Shown here: piece after piece, positions 1 to 12,491 of the stretch
Layout: every line of letters begins with the position of its first letter
Numbering within the stretch: position 1 is the stretch's first letter
NCBI RefSeq assembly: GCF_000372725.1
Contig: NW_005202428.1
Coordinates: 2,469,791-2,533,790, forward strand
Reading direction: 5' to 3'
DNA length: 64,000 nucleotides
Origin: Emiliania huxleyi CCMP1516
Taxonomy: Eukaryota
Notes under the pieces: model-generated
Told to the model about the DNA's origin: nothing
The model's input: only the letters and a program-made list of their open reading frames with translations
Database searches by the model: none
Made by a program: the position numbers and the translations under genes

Positions 1-474
1 CGGAGGCGGGCGTGCCCGCGCCACTCGAGGCGTTGCCAACACCCGTTGTTGTTGTTTGGTTTTCAAAAAATCTCCTAAAAATCTCTCTGTGTGGCAATGA
101 CATGTCACATGAGAGAGAGCGCGCGCGGGCCGCGGGCGCGGCGGCGCGCGCATGGGGGCATACAAGATACATGCGTGTCCGTGATTCGGTCCGTGCGTGT
201 GGAGTGCAACCTGCGCAGGCGCGCCTCGCAAGAATGAAGAAACACCTTTCCATATCTGACTCAGATGCCAGTACTGTTTCGAAACGACCAAAATGCCCCG
301 GTCCCTTTCGCCTTTGAAGCGCGACGACCCCTGCTAGCTTGTAACTACTGCAGGAGGAGGGACTCGCCTAACGGGACATGCCCCGTGACGTGTCGTGGAC
401 ATGCACATTTGCCTGACTGGGGAGCGTGCCCATGACTGGGGAGCCTCCGGCGGGAGCGGCAGGGAGGTGCGTGG

Positions 475-1449
475 TCACACGCCTCCGCCCTGGCTCTCCC
501 TCTCCCTCTTCTCCTGCAGCACCGCCCGCAGCGTGGCGCGCGGCAGGCTCGCCGGGTCCGCAAAGGCCGCGTGCCAGAGCGCGTTAAGCCGCTCGAAGCC
601 GGCGTGGCAGGGGTGGCGCAGGTCCCACGGCTTGGCCATCGTGAAGTGAAGAATGCGGACCTCCCCCAGCCGGCAGAGGCCGCGGTGCCTCGCGTACAGC
701 CCCTTGGTCGCGTTGAAGCACCATGGCAGCGCCCTCCACGAGCACGGCGGCCCCGCGCCGGCCGCCCCTCGGTCGTGCGCAAAGTAGCGGTTGAGGAAAT
801 CCTGCTCGGCAAAGGCGAACGAGGCCAGGTCCGAGGCGGCGAGGGCGGCCCGCATCGCCTCCGCCGTCGCGCGGCACGGCGAGAGGACCAGCAGCCCTGC
901 GTTGAAGTAGTGGGCAGGTGGCGCTCCCGCTGGCGGCGACAAGTAGGGGCAGCCGCCGCTGCGCCCTGAGACGCAGCTGCACTCGGGAACGGCGTGCAGC
1001 GCTGCGCCGCCGCAGAGCCGGTCGCCAAGCAGCTCGTCGCAGTTTTTGAGCAGCAGCATGTCCGCGTCGAGATAGCACAGCCGCGAAAACTCGTCCTCCC
1101 ACTCCCACATCCGGAGCTTGGTCCAGCAGTGCGCAAAGTGAGCACAGGCATAGTGGGCTGCGCCAGCTGGCAAGTCGGGCGGCGCCACCTCGCGCACCTC
1201 GCAGCGGGCCAGCGCTTCGAGGCGGCCTCGCACTGCCGGCGGCACCGCCGCAGTCACGATCACGACGAGCGGGTAAGCGCTCTCGCTCGCAGTCAGAGAG
1301 CTGTGCAGCGCAATCACACCAGGGAGGTAGCTCGTGTCTGACAGTAGCGTGACGAACGCCCGCCGGGGAGTAGCGGGCGGCGTGATGGCGAGTGCGGCGT
1401 GGCTTTTCTTTTTCAGCGATTGTCGTGAGTATTGGGGGGGGGGGGGCAC
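475..1449 (-). CDS. Glycosyltransferase family 8 protein (galactinol synthase/glycogenin-like); start uncertain
   Basis: Motifs YLPGVIAL, WTKLRMW, YLDADML (DxD), YFNAGLLVL, FAEQDFLN and HFTMAKPW in an uninterrupted ORF. The ORF start is a GTG next to a homopolymer run, so the true 5' end is unclear. Confidence 0.9.
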   Translation of the reverse strand: MPPPPQYSRQSLKKKSHAALAITPPATPRRAFVTLLSDTSYLPGVIALHSSLTASESAYPLVVIVTAAVPPAVRGRLEALARCEVREVAPPDLPAGAAHYACAHFAHCWTKLRMWEWEDEFSRLCYLDADMLLLKNCDELLGDRLCGGAALHAVPECSCVSGRSGGCPYLSPPAGAPPAHYFNAGLLVLSPCRATAEAMRAALAASDLASFAFAEQDFLNRYFAHDRGAAGAGPPCSWRALPWCFNATKGLYARHRGLCRLGEVRILHFTMAKPWDLRHPCHAGFERLNALWHAAFADPASLPRATLRAVLQEKRERESQGGGV

Positions 1450-1770
1450 GAGTCGCTTTGAAGCGACTCCTGTCCGTGTACCTGTGTTTCAGTGCCAGTG
1501 CGCACTCCTCCTCCTCTCTTCCTTGCTTTCGTCTGGAATCGTCTCGGCCTATCGACCTCGGCCGCGCTTCGCCGTAATAAATAAATACAACGGACATCCC
1601 AAGCTAGGGCTGGGTCGAGGACAGACACGTCCCCACCTTTGCAGGATTTTGCAAAAGCGAGGGGGGAGCGCGCTTCGCCGCCCTCGGCGCTTCTGCCCAG
1701 CGCGATTTCTTTTGGTCTTTGTGCTCTTGCTTCCACCGCTAGTCGAGCCTGGCACACGTACGGGCAGCGA

Positions 1771-2086
1771 ATGCCGCTCGCAGCGCTCACGCCCCTCGCT
1801 ATCATCAGCGGCTGCCTGACGGTAGCCGGCGTGGGGATGCACCTGAACCACTGGCTCTTCACCGGCGAGGTGTGCGGCGCCCCCGCTGGCGCTGGCGCGC
1901 GCGCAGCTTCCGCACCCCGCCGCCGCCCCGCCGCACGCACCTGCTCAGCCCGCCCCACGCTGCGCCGCACTCACCCCTCCGTCCGCGCGTTGCCCACTCC
2001 AGTGGAACAGGTCCGACACGGACCGCTGGAAGGAGGGCCTCTGGTCGCGGGACCGCCTCATCAAAAAGGGCTACATTAAGCAGTGA
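1771..2086 (+). CDS. NDUFA1: Small (60 aa) complex I accessory subunit, NDUFA1/MWFE-like; exons 1771-1869 and 2003-2086
   Basis: Manual splice of a GT-AG intron (1870-2002) gives MPLAALTPLAIISGCLTVAGVGMHLNHWLFTGE-WNRSDTDRWKEGLWSRDRLIKKGYIKQ*. It has an N-terminal TM helix with P-L-x-I-I, a His, and the D-x-W...RD pattern of the MWFE subunit. Confidence 0.7.
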
Positions 2087-2442
2087 TCCCCGCCCCCCCG
2101 CCACCTCGCTGTGTACATTAACGTTGCACACCCAGCAGTGAGATTTGGTGTGGCGCATTCTGAATCTACTAGGCCCATATTTAGACGCGCATAAGCGCCG
2201 CACGGTTGCGTCTGCGCCGGCGCGCGCCGCTTCGCTGGGGCGCGCCGTTCTCTCTCGTTACGGGCTGTGTCTTGCGCGCGTGGCCGCGCGACGAAATACA
2301 TGCTGCCGAGTGCCACGGAAAAATCAAGGAGACGCCACACGGATCCGCGGACCGCGCGCCACCACCCCACACCCGCCTGCACCCTGACCCTCGACCCCAC
2401 ATATTACGCAGTCAAAAACGCAACAAGCATCACGCCGTGCCC

Positions 2443-2986
2443 TCATCGCACCTCGCCGGCTGCCTTTTTCTTCGCGTACTGCGCCGGGGTCCACGCCTTC
2501 ACCTGGCGAGAGCCGGGCCGGGCGGCGGTGATGGTGGAGGCGGCGTGGGCGGCGGCGGCGGCGAAGGGTGGCGTTGCACGCACAGGCGGAGAGGGCGGCG
2601 GCGGTGAGGGAGGAGGCGGTGGATGCGGGCGTGCTCGCCTGAAAAGCGTGGATCTCTTTTATCTCTTCCGCCAGCAGGTCCTGCACCGCCCGATGGCGCT
2701 CGAGCAGAGCCACGCCATCAAACGCGCCGGCAACAACGACGCACTGAACCTTCTGGCCGCAGCCATCCCCGTGTGCCTCGACGGAGACGTAGCTCGGCGC
2801 GAGCTCCGATTCATACAGCTTGGCCTTCATCTGGCCAGCGATGCCGCTCGTTGCGGTGTCGCTGCCGCCGTGCGCGTGCTCGCCCGCACCGTGCAATTCA
2901 TGGCTGTCGTGGCTGTGACCGGCGGTGCACGGCCTTCCAGCGTGATCGTGCTCGTGCGCGTCCTCGACGTGCCCGTGCGTCGCCAT
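2443..2986 (-). CDS. BolA-family protein with His-rich N-terminal extension (one GC-AG intron, ~2503-2638)
   Basis: DGCGQKVQCVVVAGAFDGVALLERHRAVQDLLAEEIKEIHAFQ spliced to VKAWTPAQY matches the BolA (BOLA2-type) consensus. Confidence 0.88.
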
Positions 2987-3852
2987 AAGAATTGATTTAG
3001 AAACGCAAGATGCGGCACGCCACACGACCGGATCGGATTCTTGCCGAGTACCGGTAGGGAGATTCACGCGATCTGTCTCGCGTTCCTCAACGCTTGCGAT
3101 TCAGCTGTCGCGCCGCTGGATGATCTTGCTCAGCTCGCCGAGCTCGACCTGAACGCTCAGCGGCGCGACCGCTGAATCGCAGCCGTTCGTGCTGGCACGC
3201 ATGCATCGTTGCAGTTTCAGATTACTTCCCCCCCTCCCTACTCGAGTACCAACGGGAGAGGTTTAAAACCCCCCTCCCCACCCCCTTTGCCCCCCCCCCC
3301 CCCCGCCGCCTTCCTGCTAGCTCCAGGAGGCTGCAGACACCGACACGCACACTAGATACGCGCGGATGGCCGCCGTCTTCCACGCCAGCACCGGCCGGTG
3401 CTCTATACGCGGCAGCGAAGTTGGCAATCGCCTGGCGAGCGGCGGCGCGGACACCCGCGCCGGTCGCCGGCCGTCCCCGCCGGCGGGCGGCTCCGGTGGC
3501 CGCCGCGCCGCCCGCCCCGCAGGCCACCGCACCGGCGAGGTCCTCCATCGGCATCGCCGTGCCGGCGGGTGCCCCTCCGGCGGGTGCCCCCGCCTAGGGC
3601 CCCCGCTCCGGTGGTCGCCTCGAGCGGGTTGGCCGGCCTGCGCCAGCGGCGCAATCTCGGGGGACTTGTAGTACATCCCGAACTCGGCGACGAGGGAGTG
3701 CTCCTCGGGCTCGTCCACGGTGATGCCCCCGGGGCAGCCCTACTGCCCTAGAGCCTAGTAGGGCTCGTCGAGCACCTTGCGCGTGTCGCCGGAGAGCAGC
3801 TTGAAGAGAGCAGCTTGAAGTGCGCCGCGGCACAGAGTCGGTCGCTGGGCAG

Positions 3853-4338
3853 CTTAGGGTACCCCTAGGCTTAAAAGGGTGGGCCCTGGGGCGCCTGCGG
3901 CTTAAACGGCTTAAAACCGGCCTAGGCCGGTTTTAAGAGCTGCTGGGCCTCCGATTCCTTAAACGGTCTTAAACGCTTAAACGCTGCGGGAGAGCTCCCG
4001 AGGTCGATGGTCCGGGAGGCTCCCCACAGACGCCGGAGGCCGGGAAGCTGGCTACAGTCAGCTGGCACGCGTCCCCTATGCGAGTATGGCTCCTGCCAGT
4101 GCACCAGACTTACAGATGTGTCTTCAGAGGCGGGTTTGTGCCTAATAACGGCAGTATTGGAGAAAACGGCGCCGAACGCAGCGACGCGTGCCGGTGAGGC
4201 CGATTTTCTTAAACGGTCTTAAAAGAGGGACCCCCCGTGCCTGCAATCTCTTAAATGACAATTTGAGCCCCCAAACCTCCTCATTTCTTAAAAGGTCTTA
4301 AAAAAATCCGGCCCTCAGAACCCTAGGGGTACCCTAAG
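3853..4338. mobile_element. Non-autonomous DNA transposon (MITE) with 17-bp TIRs and 8-bp TSD, hAT-like
   Basis: TIR CTTAGGGTACCCCTAGG at 3853-3869 with its reverse complement at 4322-4338. Identical CTGGGCAG flanks at 3845-3852 and 4339-4346. Interior is rich in CTTAAA motifs. Confidence 0.85.
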
Positions 4339-4790
4339 CTGGGCAGCGCTCACCCGCATGGCGATGCGGGCTCGGCGGCGGCAGTAGAGGGAAGAGGGGC
4401 CGAGCGGGGACCATACCTGTCACCATACCCCCCCACCCTTTGGGCCGGGATGGCACCATACCATACCCCGCAAAAAGTTGGAATACTGCTGCTATTGCCC
4501 GCCGCAGAGCCGCTTTTCACAGCTGCTCCTGTGGCGAACACATCTCGGGGGGGAGGGAGCGTGAGCAACTCGAGATCCCTCGAGAGTTCACGCGGAGTAT
4601 AGGCTGGGGCTATCCAGATAGCAAGACGACTGTGATGAGGCGAGAAAGAAGCCAAACTCGTACACCGCCCCTGAGATGCCTGCTCTGTTTGTGTCACTGG
4701 GCACGTGGGCACGGGACTGGCAGTCTGGCACACACACACACGCACACTGGCACACTAACACAGGTACACAAAGAGAAACGTCTTTTTCTT

Positions 4791-6286
4791 TTAGGACACA
4801 GTCGGGAACATGTCCTCCACAGACGCCAGCAGGGTCCGGTAGCTGTGACGCGCGTCCCCCGTGTGTTCCGCAGCGGCCTGGGACTGCTGTGGCTGCTGCG
4901 CAACCGCCAGTCGCGTCTCCTTGTCCACAATGAAGATCCGTTCACGCGGGATGCCGGCCGCCTCGTAGGCGCCGAGGTCTGTTGGCCGGTTTCCAAACGC
5001 AGCGTGAAGGGAGCCGGCGTAAAACATGCCAGCCACCTGCGCGGAGCGAGACGAGCTTGGATTGGGCGGGATGCGCGGGAGGGACCTGCTCGCGCCTGCT
5101 CGAGGATGTCAATCTTGAAGAGATGCGCCGTGTGGTCGAACTGGGCGCGGGAGAGGCCGGGAGTGGGCAGAGGTGAAGAGTGGGGAGGGTAGCTCTCCAC
5201 GCCAAGGGTTCGCACCTCCCGGATGAGCGCATCGGCCATCCGGCTCGGAGAGGTGATCACAGGCCCCTCGGGCAGTGAGTCGACCGTCTCGCCGCCAGCG
5301 CGATGCTGCCGCAAGCCGGAGATGTACTGCTTGGTGCGGTCTGCGAGGCCAATGTTGCGACTCGACAAGTAGACCACGCAAAATCCGCGAGCTGCGATGG
5401 CGGTGTACAACTGCGCAACACCCTCGTGCGCGTAGTCGTCCCACCCTGAGGGGGAGGGGGGGGGCGTGCCGACCCGTGTACGAAGGATTCGGTTGAGACC
5501 GGCCTCGTTCACCGATCGCGGGCAGGATGTTGCCACGCACGTCGGAGCGCGTTACGGTGCCGTCGATGTCGCTGATGACCAGTCTCGAGCTTGGCTCCCA
5601 GCTGAAGGAGAGGGACGAGGCGAGTGAGAGATGGCCTTCGGTCTGCTACTAGCCAGCTGGAGGAGAGGGACGAGGTGAGTGAGTGGTGGCCTTCGGTCTG
5701 CTACTAGCCAGCTGGAGGAGAGGGACGAGGCGAGTGAGTGGTGGCCTTTGGTCTGCTACTAGCACTACGCCTCTCCATCTCCGTACTCCTCTCTCCACCT
5801 CCACCTCCGCTACCTGCCATGCAATGACCAATGTCTCCCGGCGCATCTAAGAGCCCGTGACAGGAAGAGGTTCGTCGTGACCTCAGTTTCGCCGTGCAGG
5901 CGCGATCGGACGGAGAAGCACACCTCGTTCCGCCCGCCCTGGAGCCTGAGGCACCTCAGCCAGTCAGGCGGAGGGTGCGCAGCCAGAGCCTGCTCGTCGC
6001 TGCCGCCCGCCACCCCTGGCGCCTTTTGCGCACTGCCGGCGACGAATCGACCCTCTCCTGCAGCGCTCAACACCATGCGACAGCTTTTCTCATCGGCCTC
6101 AACTCCATTGACGCGGATCGTGACGGGACGCTCTCGGCTCTGAACGACCTTGAGCAACCCAAAGCGGACATGCCACGCGGTGGTTGCGAGGGTGCCGTCG
6201 GCAGAGCGCACGGCGATAATGTCGACAGCGCCCGAGAGTGTGGCTGTGTTCGTGTCAGGGAGAATCGCCGAGAGGGCTTGACGCAT
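4791..6286 (-). CDS. PAH1: Lipin/Pah1 phosphatidate phosphatase (multi-exon, compact)
   Basis: N-LIP motifs ATLSGAVDII and HVRFG. HAD motif VISDIDGTVTRSD (~5540-5580). C-LIP motifs YLSSR and AAFGNRPTD. Confidence 0.92.
5599..5762. repeat. Three ~55-bp tandem repeats inside a lipin intron, each including the splice-acceptor context
   Basis: CAGCTG(G/A)AGGAGAGGGACGAGG...GGCCTTCGGTCTGCTACTA recurs at ~5599, 5654 and 5709. Confidence 0.85.
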
Positions 6287-6384
6287 GCCTGAACGAGCGA
6301 GTGTCGGCAACCACGAAGTTGTGGATTGGAGGACGCACGTTCCGGTGTTATCTTTTTCACTGTACGTGTCTCACTTGAGCTTTT

Positions 6385-7450
6385 GAGCACTTGATAGGGT
6401 CGATTCCGCATGGTACGGGACCCCTCCGATCGTCTCGCCCTCCCTCACTGGTGTGTTCATTGGGGGGGGTCATAACAAACACGGTACAGGATCGAGGTGC
6501 ACGCTGCCGAGGCAGTGTCGTCCCCCCTCTCCCCGACGGCGATGGCGGTGTGACCGATCGAGCTACAAGAAGAGCTTGTTCAGCAGGATCCGGGCCGTCG
6601 GATGCACTACCTCACTGGGCCTGAGACCACCGCACGGCCAGCCCTTCACCACTCCGGGTTTGCGTGGAGTCGAACCACTCCGGTATGGGCGAGCCCATTG
6701 TTTTGAGTTGAGTCCCTTCGCACCATTGCTTGAGCACTTGAGCACTGGATAGGGTCGGTTCCGCATGGTACGGGACCCCTCGATCGTCTCGCCCACCCTC
6801 ACTGGTGTGTTCATTGGGGGGGGTCATAACACAAACACGGTACAGGATTGAGGTGCACGCTGCAGAAGCAGTGCCGTCCCCCCTCTCCCCGACGGCGATG
6901 GCGGTGTGACCGATCGAGCTACAAGAGGAGCTGGTGCTGGTTAATTGTCGAAATTCCTGTTGTGCAAGAGGGGAGGGGGCTCTGACGGAGTGTGTGGCGG
7001 GAGAGGGCATGGAATGGGCGCGGGGGAGGGGGGGGGGGGGGGGGGAAGGCTCACCCCTGCCAAAAGCCTCAATTAATAGTAATGAAGAAATATTGCTCGG
7101 CCGTTCCTGAAATCCGTCTCCATCTGGAGGAAAAGGNNNNNNNNNNNNNNNNNNNNNNNNNNNNNNNNNNNNNNNNNNNNNNNNNNNNNNNNNNNNNNNN
7201 NNNNNNNNNNNNNNNNNNNNNNNNNNNNNNNNNNNNAAGACGCACAAGCACAGACAGTCGAGAAGGGGGAGAGACAGCAACGGCCAGTCAGAAAGTCAGC
7301 GCTGGGTCCCCAGGAAGGCGAAATGCGATGACGGCCTGGGAAATGGGCGCGGGGGGGGGGGGGGGAGGGCTCAGCCGTGCAAAAAGCATCAATTAATAGT
7401 AATGAAGAAATATTGCTCGGCCGTTCATGAAGTCCGTCTCGATCTGGAGG
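6385..7450. repeat. Non-coding duplicated segments (6385-6570 vs ~6741-6927; ~7015-7130 vs ~7343-7450) around an assembly gap
   Basis: Near-identical direct repeats visible by eye; N gap at 7137-7236. Confidence 0.75.
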
Positions 7451-9519
7451 AGACGGGTCAACCCCGTGTCCCGTGAGGAACAGATCAGGTTCGCATTGTC
7501 GTAGCCGGAGGGGATGTTGACCTTTAGCTGTTGGGGCCACCCTTGCGCTTTGGTTTTTTCCCCACAGACCACTCGGGCAGCTTTTACCAAATGCCAAAGT
7601 TGCACTTTACCACTCGGGCAGATTCGATTGGATTTTACCACTCGGGCAAACTCGATGAAACGGGCGGACGGAAAACGCGTTCGCGGACGCTCGCCGGAGA
7701 GCTATGCATGAAGCGGCCGGCGCGCCGCCGCAGCTCACCGATGGAGCCTGCGCCGCGGCTCAATCCACTGACGCAGCAGCATTGCGACACATTCTCCAAG
7801 CACGGCCTCTGGCGTTGCGATTGCACAGAGAGCGAGCAATAGTCGCCAAAAACACTGATCTGTGTGCAGTGGATCTCCATGGCGGTCGCGCCCAGGGAGA
7901 GGACAACCGCGGGCCTCGGATGCTCGCCCGGACGCGGACCCACTGTGCGAGTTGCAGACCCGGACGTGGCCGACCCAGCTCACCCCCAGAGAGGCCATGC
8001 CCAGGGTCAGGCATAAAAGGGGGGTGTTTTTCCGTCCGTCCAACTACCGTCGTCTCAGTCTAGCGTCCACCATACCGCTTGGTGTCCAGTCCGAGCCTGG
8101 CTGTTCTTCACCTTCCTAACTAACTAACTAACTAACTCTCTCTCTCAGTTGTACATGTATGTGGCTCTTCCGAACATAGCTCATAGTCCCTACCCGAGAG
8201 GTTTTTTCGGTGTTTCTCGCGAAAGAGAAGGTGGACTGCTGACAGGATTTGCGATGAGGAGCGACTCCGAAGGGTGTCTCTGATTAGTAACCCGATTAAC
8301 CCCTTTCCTTCCTTTTGACCGCGCAAGATATAAAGGGTGGCTAAGGGCTCTGCCCGCAAGGCGCCCGCGTCGCAGACGCGGTACCATTGACAAATCTGCA
8401 ATATACCCCCACACGAACAAATAGCAAAATCCGAATACCGTGCAGAAACCATGTGATCTCGGCCGTGGACGGGGGCAAGCTTTCAGCTCGTGCCAAGACA
8501 TCGCTGGTTTTACGGGAGCACTGCAGCAACCACAGCCGGGGGCTATTGCAACACATATGGAGAGCCTCCTGCGTGACCTCGGGGACGCGCGCGACGCCTG
8601 TAACAAGCTGCCTTTTGACAATGCGCTGCGCGACAAGATAGCTACCGAACTGGATCGCATCGAGGCTGCTCCGCCTCTCGAGCGCATGTTGGTGACGAAG
8701 CCGCGGGTCAAGAGGTGGGCGGAATTGGTCAGCCGGCAGAAGGATCCGTCCATCAAGACGCGTCGTCAGGCTGCGCTCACCGCCATGCTGCGCGTCGTCG
8801 ACCGCCTCCCCGCTCGGGGGCCAAGCCAAGGTGCTGCGTACTCGAGTAGCCTTACTGTAGGAACCTTTCATGCTCCAAGGTGACGCAGCCAGCCCCATCC
8901 GCCCCCCTTGCACAGACTCTTCCCGCTTGACTGAAACCAGAGGGGTGAGGAACCACCCGACCCAGTTAATGGCGCGTCGGGGCCAGCGCCTTCAAATGCG
9001 CCCCAACCCTCCACTGCTGCCGCCTCATCCTGCGCTGCCACCGGTGCGCGCCGGCTCGAGGCTTTCCGGGCACAAGGCGGCAACACTGTCCGCGCAGGTG
9101 TGCGGCGCTCGTCGAGATTGACGGCAGGGCGTTGGGCTCGGCGGCGATGTTGGAGGGTGCGCGTGCGGGTGAGGCGTCCGCGGGTGAGGCGTCCGGCCGC
9201 TAGTGTGCGCACCCTCGAGCCGTCACGACCCCGACCGTCAGTCAGCTTCTCTGCGTGAATGTATGGCTAGCGTGCTTCCACTGCGCGCCCGCGCCTGCGG
9301 CGCCGCCGCGGCTCCCCACCCTTTTGCGCAGCAACACCTTAAACTTTTCAGGCCCTCCAAATTCGGGTCGGAGCGTAGCGGAGTGGGCCCCGAGTTTGAA
9401 AAAGGCGACGGACGCTTGCGTCCTAGCCTCCAACAACGCCTCCCCGGCGCAGAGCCAGAGGGGCCCCCAGAGGGATGCACAACCGACCCTACTGTCTGAA
9501 TTCGCGGAGCGAAGAAAAT

Positions 9520-9980
9520 TTTATACGGAATACGTCCATTTTGGGAGCTTGGAATACGGCGTATTCCATGGAATACGTGGAATACGGGTGGAATACGGCA
9601 GAATACAGGCCTCTGGGAGGTCATTTGGAATACGTGGAAAACGTATTCAGACAGTAGGCAACCGACCCACGCCACGCCGCTTGCGGCGGTCCTCTTCCCA
9701 GCTCCGCTGAGGGCCCGTGCGTTATTTTCAGCTTATTCCGAAGATTGATGCACTTGGAGCACTTGGAGTGCAGTTATCAACCTCGCATCCAGGGCCGGGG
9801 AGCTAATAAGAAGCGCACCAAGCGAGCCGGATGATCGGTATCGGGTTACGGGCTAGAGAGCCCTAGCCCCGGGGGTGCGCGTTCGCAGCATGCTGGAGCA
9901 CTTGGAGCACTTGGAGTGCAGTCATCAACCTCACATCCAGGGCCGGGGAGCTAAGAAGCGCACCAGCAGCCGGATGATCG
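9520..9980. repeat. GGAATACG-motif cluster plus ~85-bp direct repeat (~9750-9835 / ~9897-9980); probable transposon remnants
   Basis: GGAATACG is repeated at least 6 times; GCACTTGGAGCACTTGGAGTGCAG...GGAGCTAA is duplicated. Confidence 0.55.
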
Positions 9981-10063
9981 GCTCAAATCGCGCTGTCTTC
10001 TCTTTCTGGTGCCGTTGGCGGAGGGCTCGAGGGTCGGGCGGCAAGTGGTCGTGGTGATCAGAG

Positions 10064-11783
10064 ATGTACCTTCAGACGCGCAGGTACCTCGGCTCGGCCG
10101 CACAGCTCGGCCAGAGAAAGCTCAGGGCCGCTCAGGCCGAGCTTGCGGCGGCTCAAGAGCTCGGCCAGAGCAGGCTGCTCGCAGCGCAAGAGCTGGGTCA
10201 GAGCAAGCTCACCTCAGCGGCCGAGTTGGGGCAGAGCAAGCTCACCGCGCTGAAAGGCGCTTTGCACTACGAGGTCCCAGACACGACCCTCTTCTCCCTC
10301 GTCGGCACCACGCTCAACCTGCTGAACGGCACGACGGGGCCCGGTCTGCTGGCGCTCCCGCTGGCGTTCGCGCGGTGCGGCTGGCTGATGGGCACGGTGA
10401 TGCTGCTGGGCGTGTTTGCGCTCAACCACGCGAGCCTACTGCTCCTGCTGCGCGCCTGCCTCACCACGCGCGAGCACTCGTACATCGGCCTCTGCTCGCA
10501 CGTGGCGGACGGGATCGCCTCGCTGATCGACTGGTCGTCGCTCCTCTTCTTCTTCGGGTCCTCCGTCTCGTACCTGGTCATCATCGGAGAAGCCTTCACC
10601 GTCCTCACCTCCTCGCTCGGCGACGGTAGCGTCTACGACGGCGGGCCAGTCAGCGACGGCCCGCTCCACTACTCCCTCCTCGCCCTGCTCCTGCTCGTCG
10701 CCTTCACCGCGGTTTGTCTGACGCCGCTCTCGCTCCTGCGCAGCATGGACGCGCTGCAGTGCACTTCCGCCGTCGGGATGGGATGCCTCTTCTTCACCGT
10801 CGCCGTCGTCGCCCTCACCCCGCCGCCGCCCGACGCCGCCGCCGCCGAGCCTCTCCCCGCCGCCATCTTCTCTGCGGAGGCCCTCCTCTCGCTGCCTACC
10901 CTCGCCTTCTGCTTCTCGTCCCAGTCCCTCTTCCCGCCCGCCCTCGAGACGCTGCACCAGCCGGCGACGTACGCTTACATGCACCGCGTCGTCGACACCA
11001 CCATGTACGTCACCCTCGCCCTCCACCTCCTCGTCGGACTCGTCGGCTCGCTCGCGTATGGCAGCGCCGTGCGGCCGAACGTGCTCGACTCTCTGCCGCA
11101 GACGAGCGTCGTGCTCGCCGCCAGGCTGGCGGTGGTCCTCGCCTTCGCCTTCACCTTCCCGATGATGGTCTTCCTCTGCCGCATGCATTTGCGTGCCATC
11201 CTCGCGCGCAGCGAGCTCGTGCCGCGCGCGACCGACGCTCTCGTCGAGCACGTCGATGCGCCGCGCGAAAGGGTCAGCGACCCGTTCCGCCACACCGCCG
11301 TGTCGCTGCTGCTCGTGGGTAGCTCCCTGCTCTGCGCGATCGTCTTTCCGAACATCGACGCGATCTTCGGCTTGCTCGGCGGCACCACGTCGGTCGTCCT
11401 CTCCTTCGTCGCGCCCGCTGTCTTTTGGGAGGCGCGCGCCGCCCCAGTTGCTAATGATCATGGCTTTGAGGAATGGCCTTCGACGAGTTGCTAACGGTGG
11501 ATGGCATATGGTGTGTGAATGACCAACGGCCGCGGTGTGCTCGCAGGCGTGCGTCGGCTACATGTACAACTGGACCCACCCGCGCCGCCTCTTTTGCAAG
11601 CTGCTCCTCGGCTTCTCGGCCTGCACCGCGGCCCTCTCTCCCTCTGACACCCAGATCACGCGAGATCACCCGAGATGAACCGAGATCTAGGCGTGCATCG
11701 CGGCCCTCTCCCTCCCGTCTGTCCTCGTGGCTGTCCTCGACAACCTGCACGCCTCACCAGATGCAACACACCTGCGGGGGTAG
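10064..11783 (+). CDS. Amino-acid transporter (Aa_trans/SLC38-AVT family), with N-terminal 11-aa repeats and 3' introns
   Basis: NLLNGTTGPGLLALPLAFARCGW, PTLAFCFSSQ, AFTFPMMVFLCR and IFGLLGG motifs; about 11 hydrophobic segments. GC donor after FWE (~11432); the last exon ends at TAG 11781-11783. Confidence 0.88.
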
Positions 11784-11913
11784 ACGTACACGTTGTGTCT
11801 TGAATGCGCTGCACGATCCCGTCTCCCCGCCCCAAGGTTGCTGTGCGCTCACCCACTTACCGGAGATCATCCGAGATTTGGCTACCAGGTACGCCACAGC
11901 TTCGTGGGTGCCG

Positions 11914-12385
11914 ATGGCGTCGACCACGGGCACGCTGCAGAAGTGGCGGCCCAAGCAGGAACGGCTCATTGCTCATCCTTGCTCGTGAGATACTCAGGCA
12001 CGCTGCAGAAGTGGAGCGGCGGCCTCGAGCTCGAGCGCGCCGTCAACAGCTCCGCGGCAAGCAGCGCGGCCGAAGGCCCGACGCTCGCCGGCGCGACGCT
12101 TCAAGTGGCGGATTTCAATGCTTACTCATCAAAGTTATTGATCATGAAGGCCCGATGCTCGCTGGCGCGACGCTGCAGCTGGGCAAGGCGCTCCGGGGCG
12201 GCGTCGACTTGAAGAAGCTCGGCAAGGCCCTCAAGGGCGGCATCGACGTCGACAAGGCCTTTGGGCGGAGGCACAAGCAGCGGCCGCCCGCCGGCGGCAG
12301 CAGTGCCAGTGGGGGAGGCGGGCCGGGCAGCAAAGCTCGCGCCCAGCCTCCTGGACGGAAGAAACCTAACGGAGCGGGAGAATAG
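11914..12385 (+). CDS. Possible small hypothetical protein (spliced)
   Basis: Coding-like codon usage (LGKALRGGVDLKKLGKALKGGIDVDKAF), with exon-duplicating introns like those in neighbouring genes. No domain recognised. Confidence 0.3.
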
Positions 12386-12491
12386 CAGGGCGAGCCAACG
12401 CGCTCGAGGTGTTGGTTGCATGTTCCATTTCCAAAATCCAAAACGCAAAATGTATACCCCCCCCCCCCAAGAAACACAGCCCGTGGGTAAC

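Noticed and set aside
7500..9500. Several short ORFs such as 8440-8883
   Set aside because: No identifiable motifs; probably decayed repeat or transposon sequence that I cannot classify.
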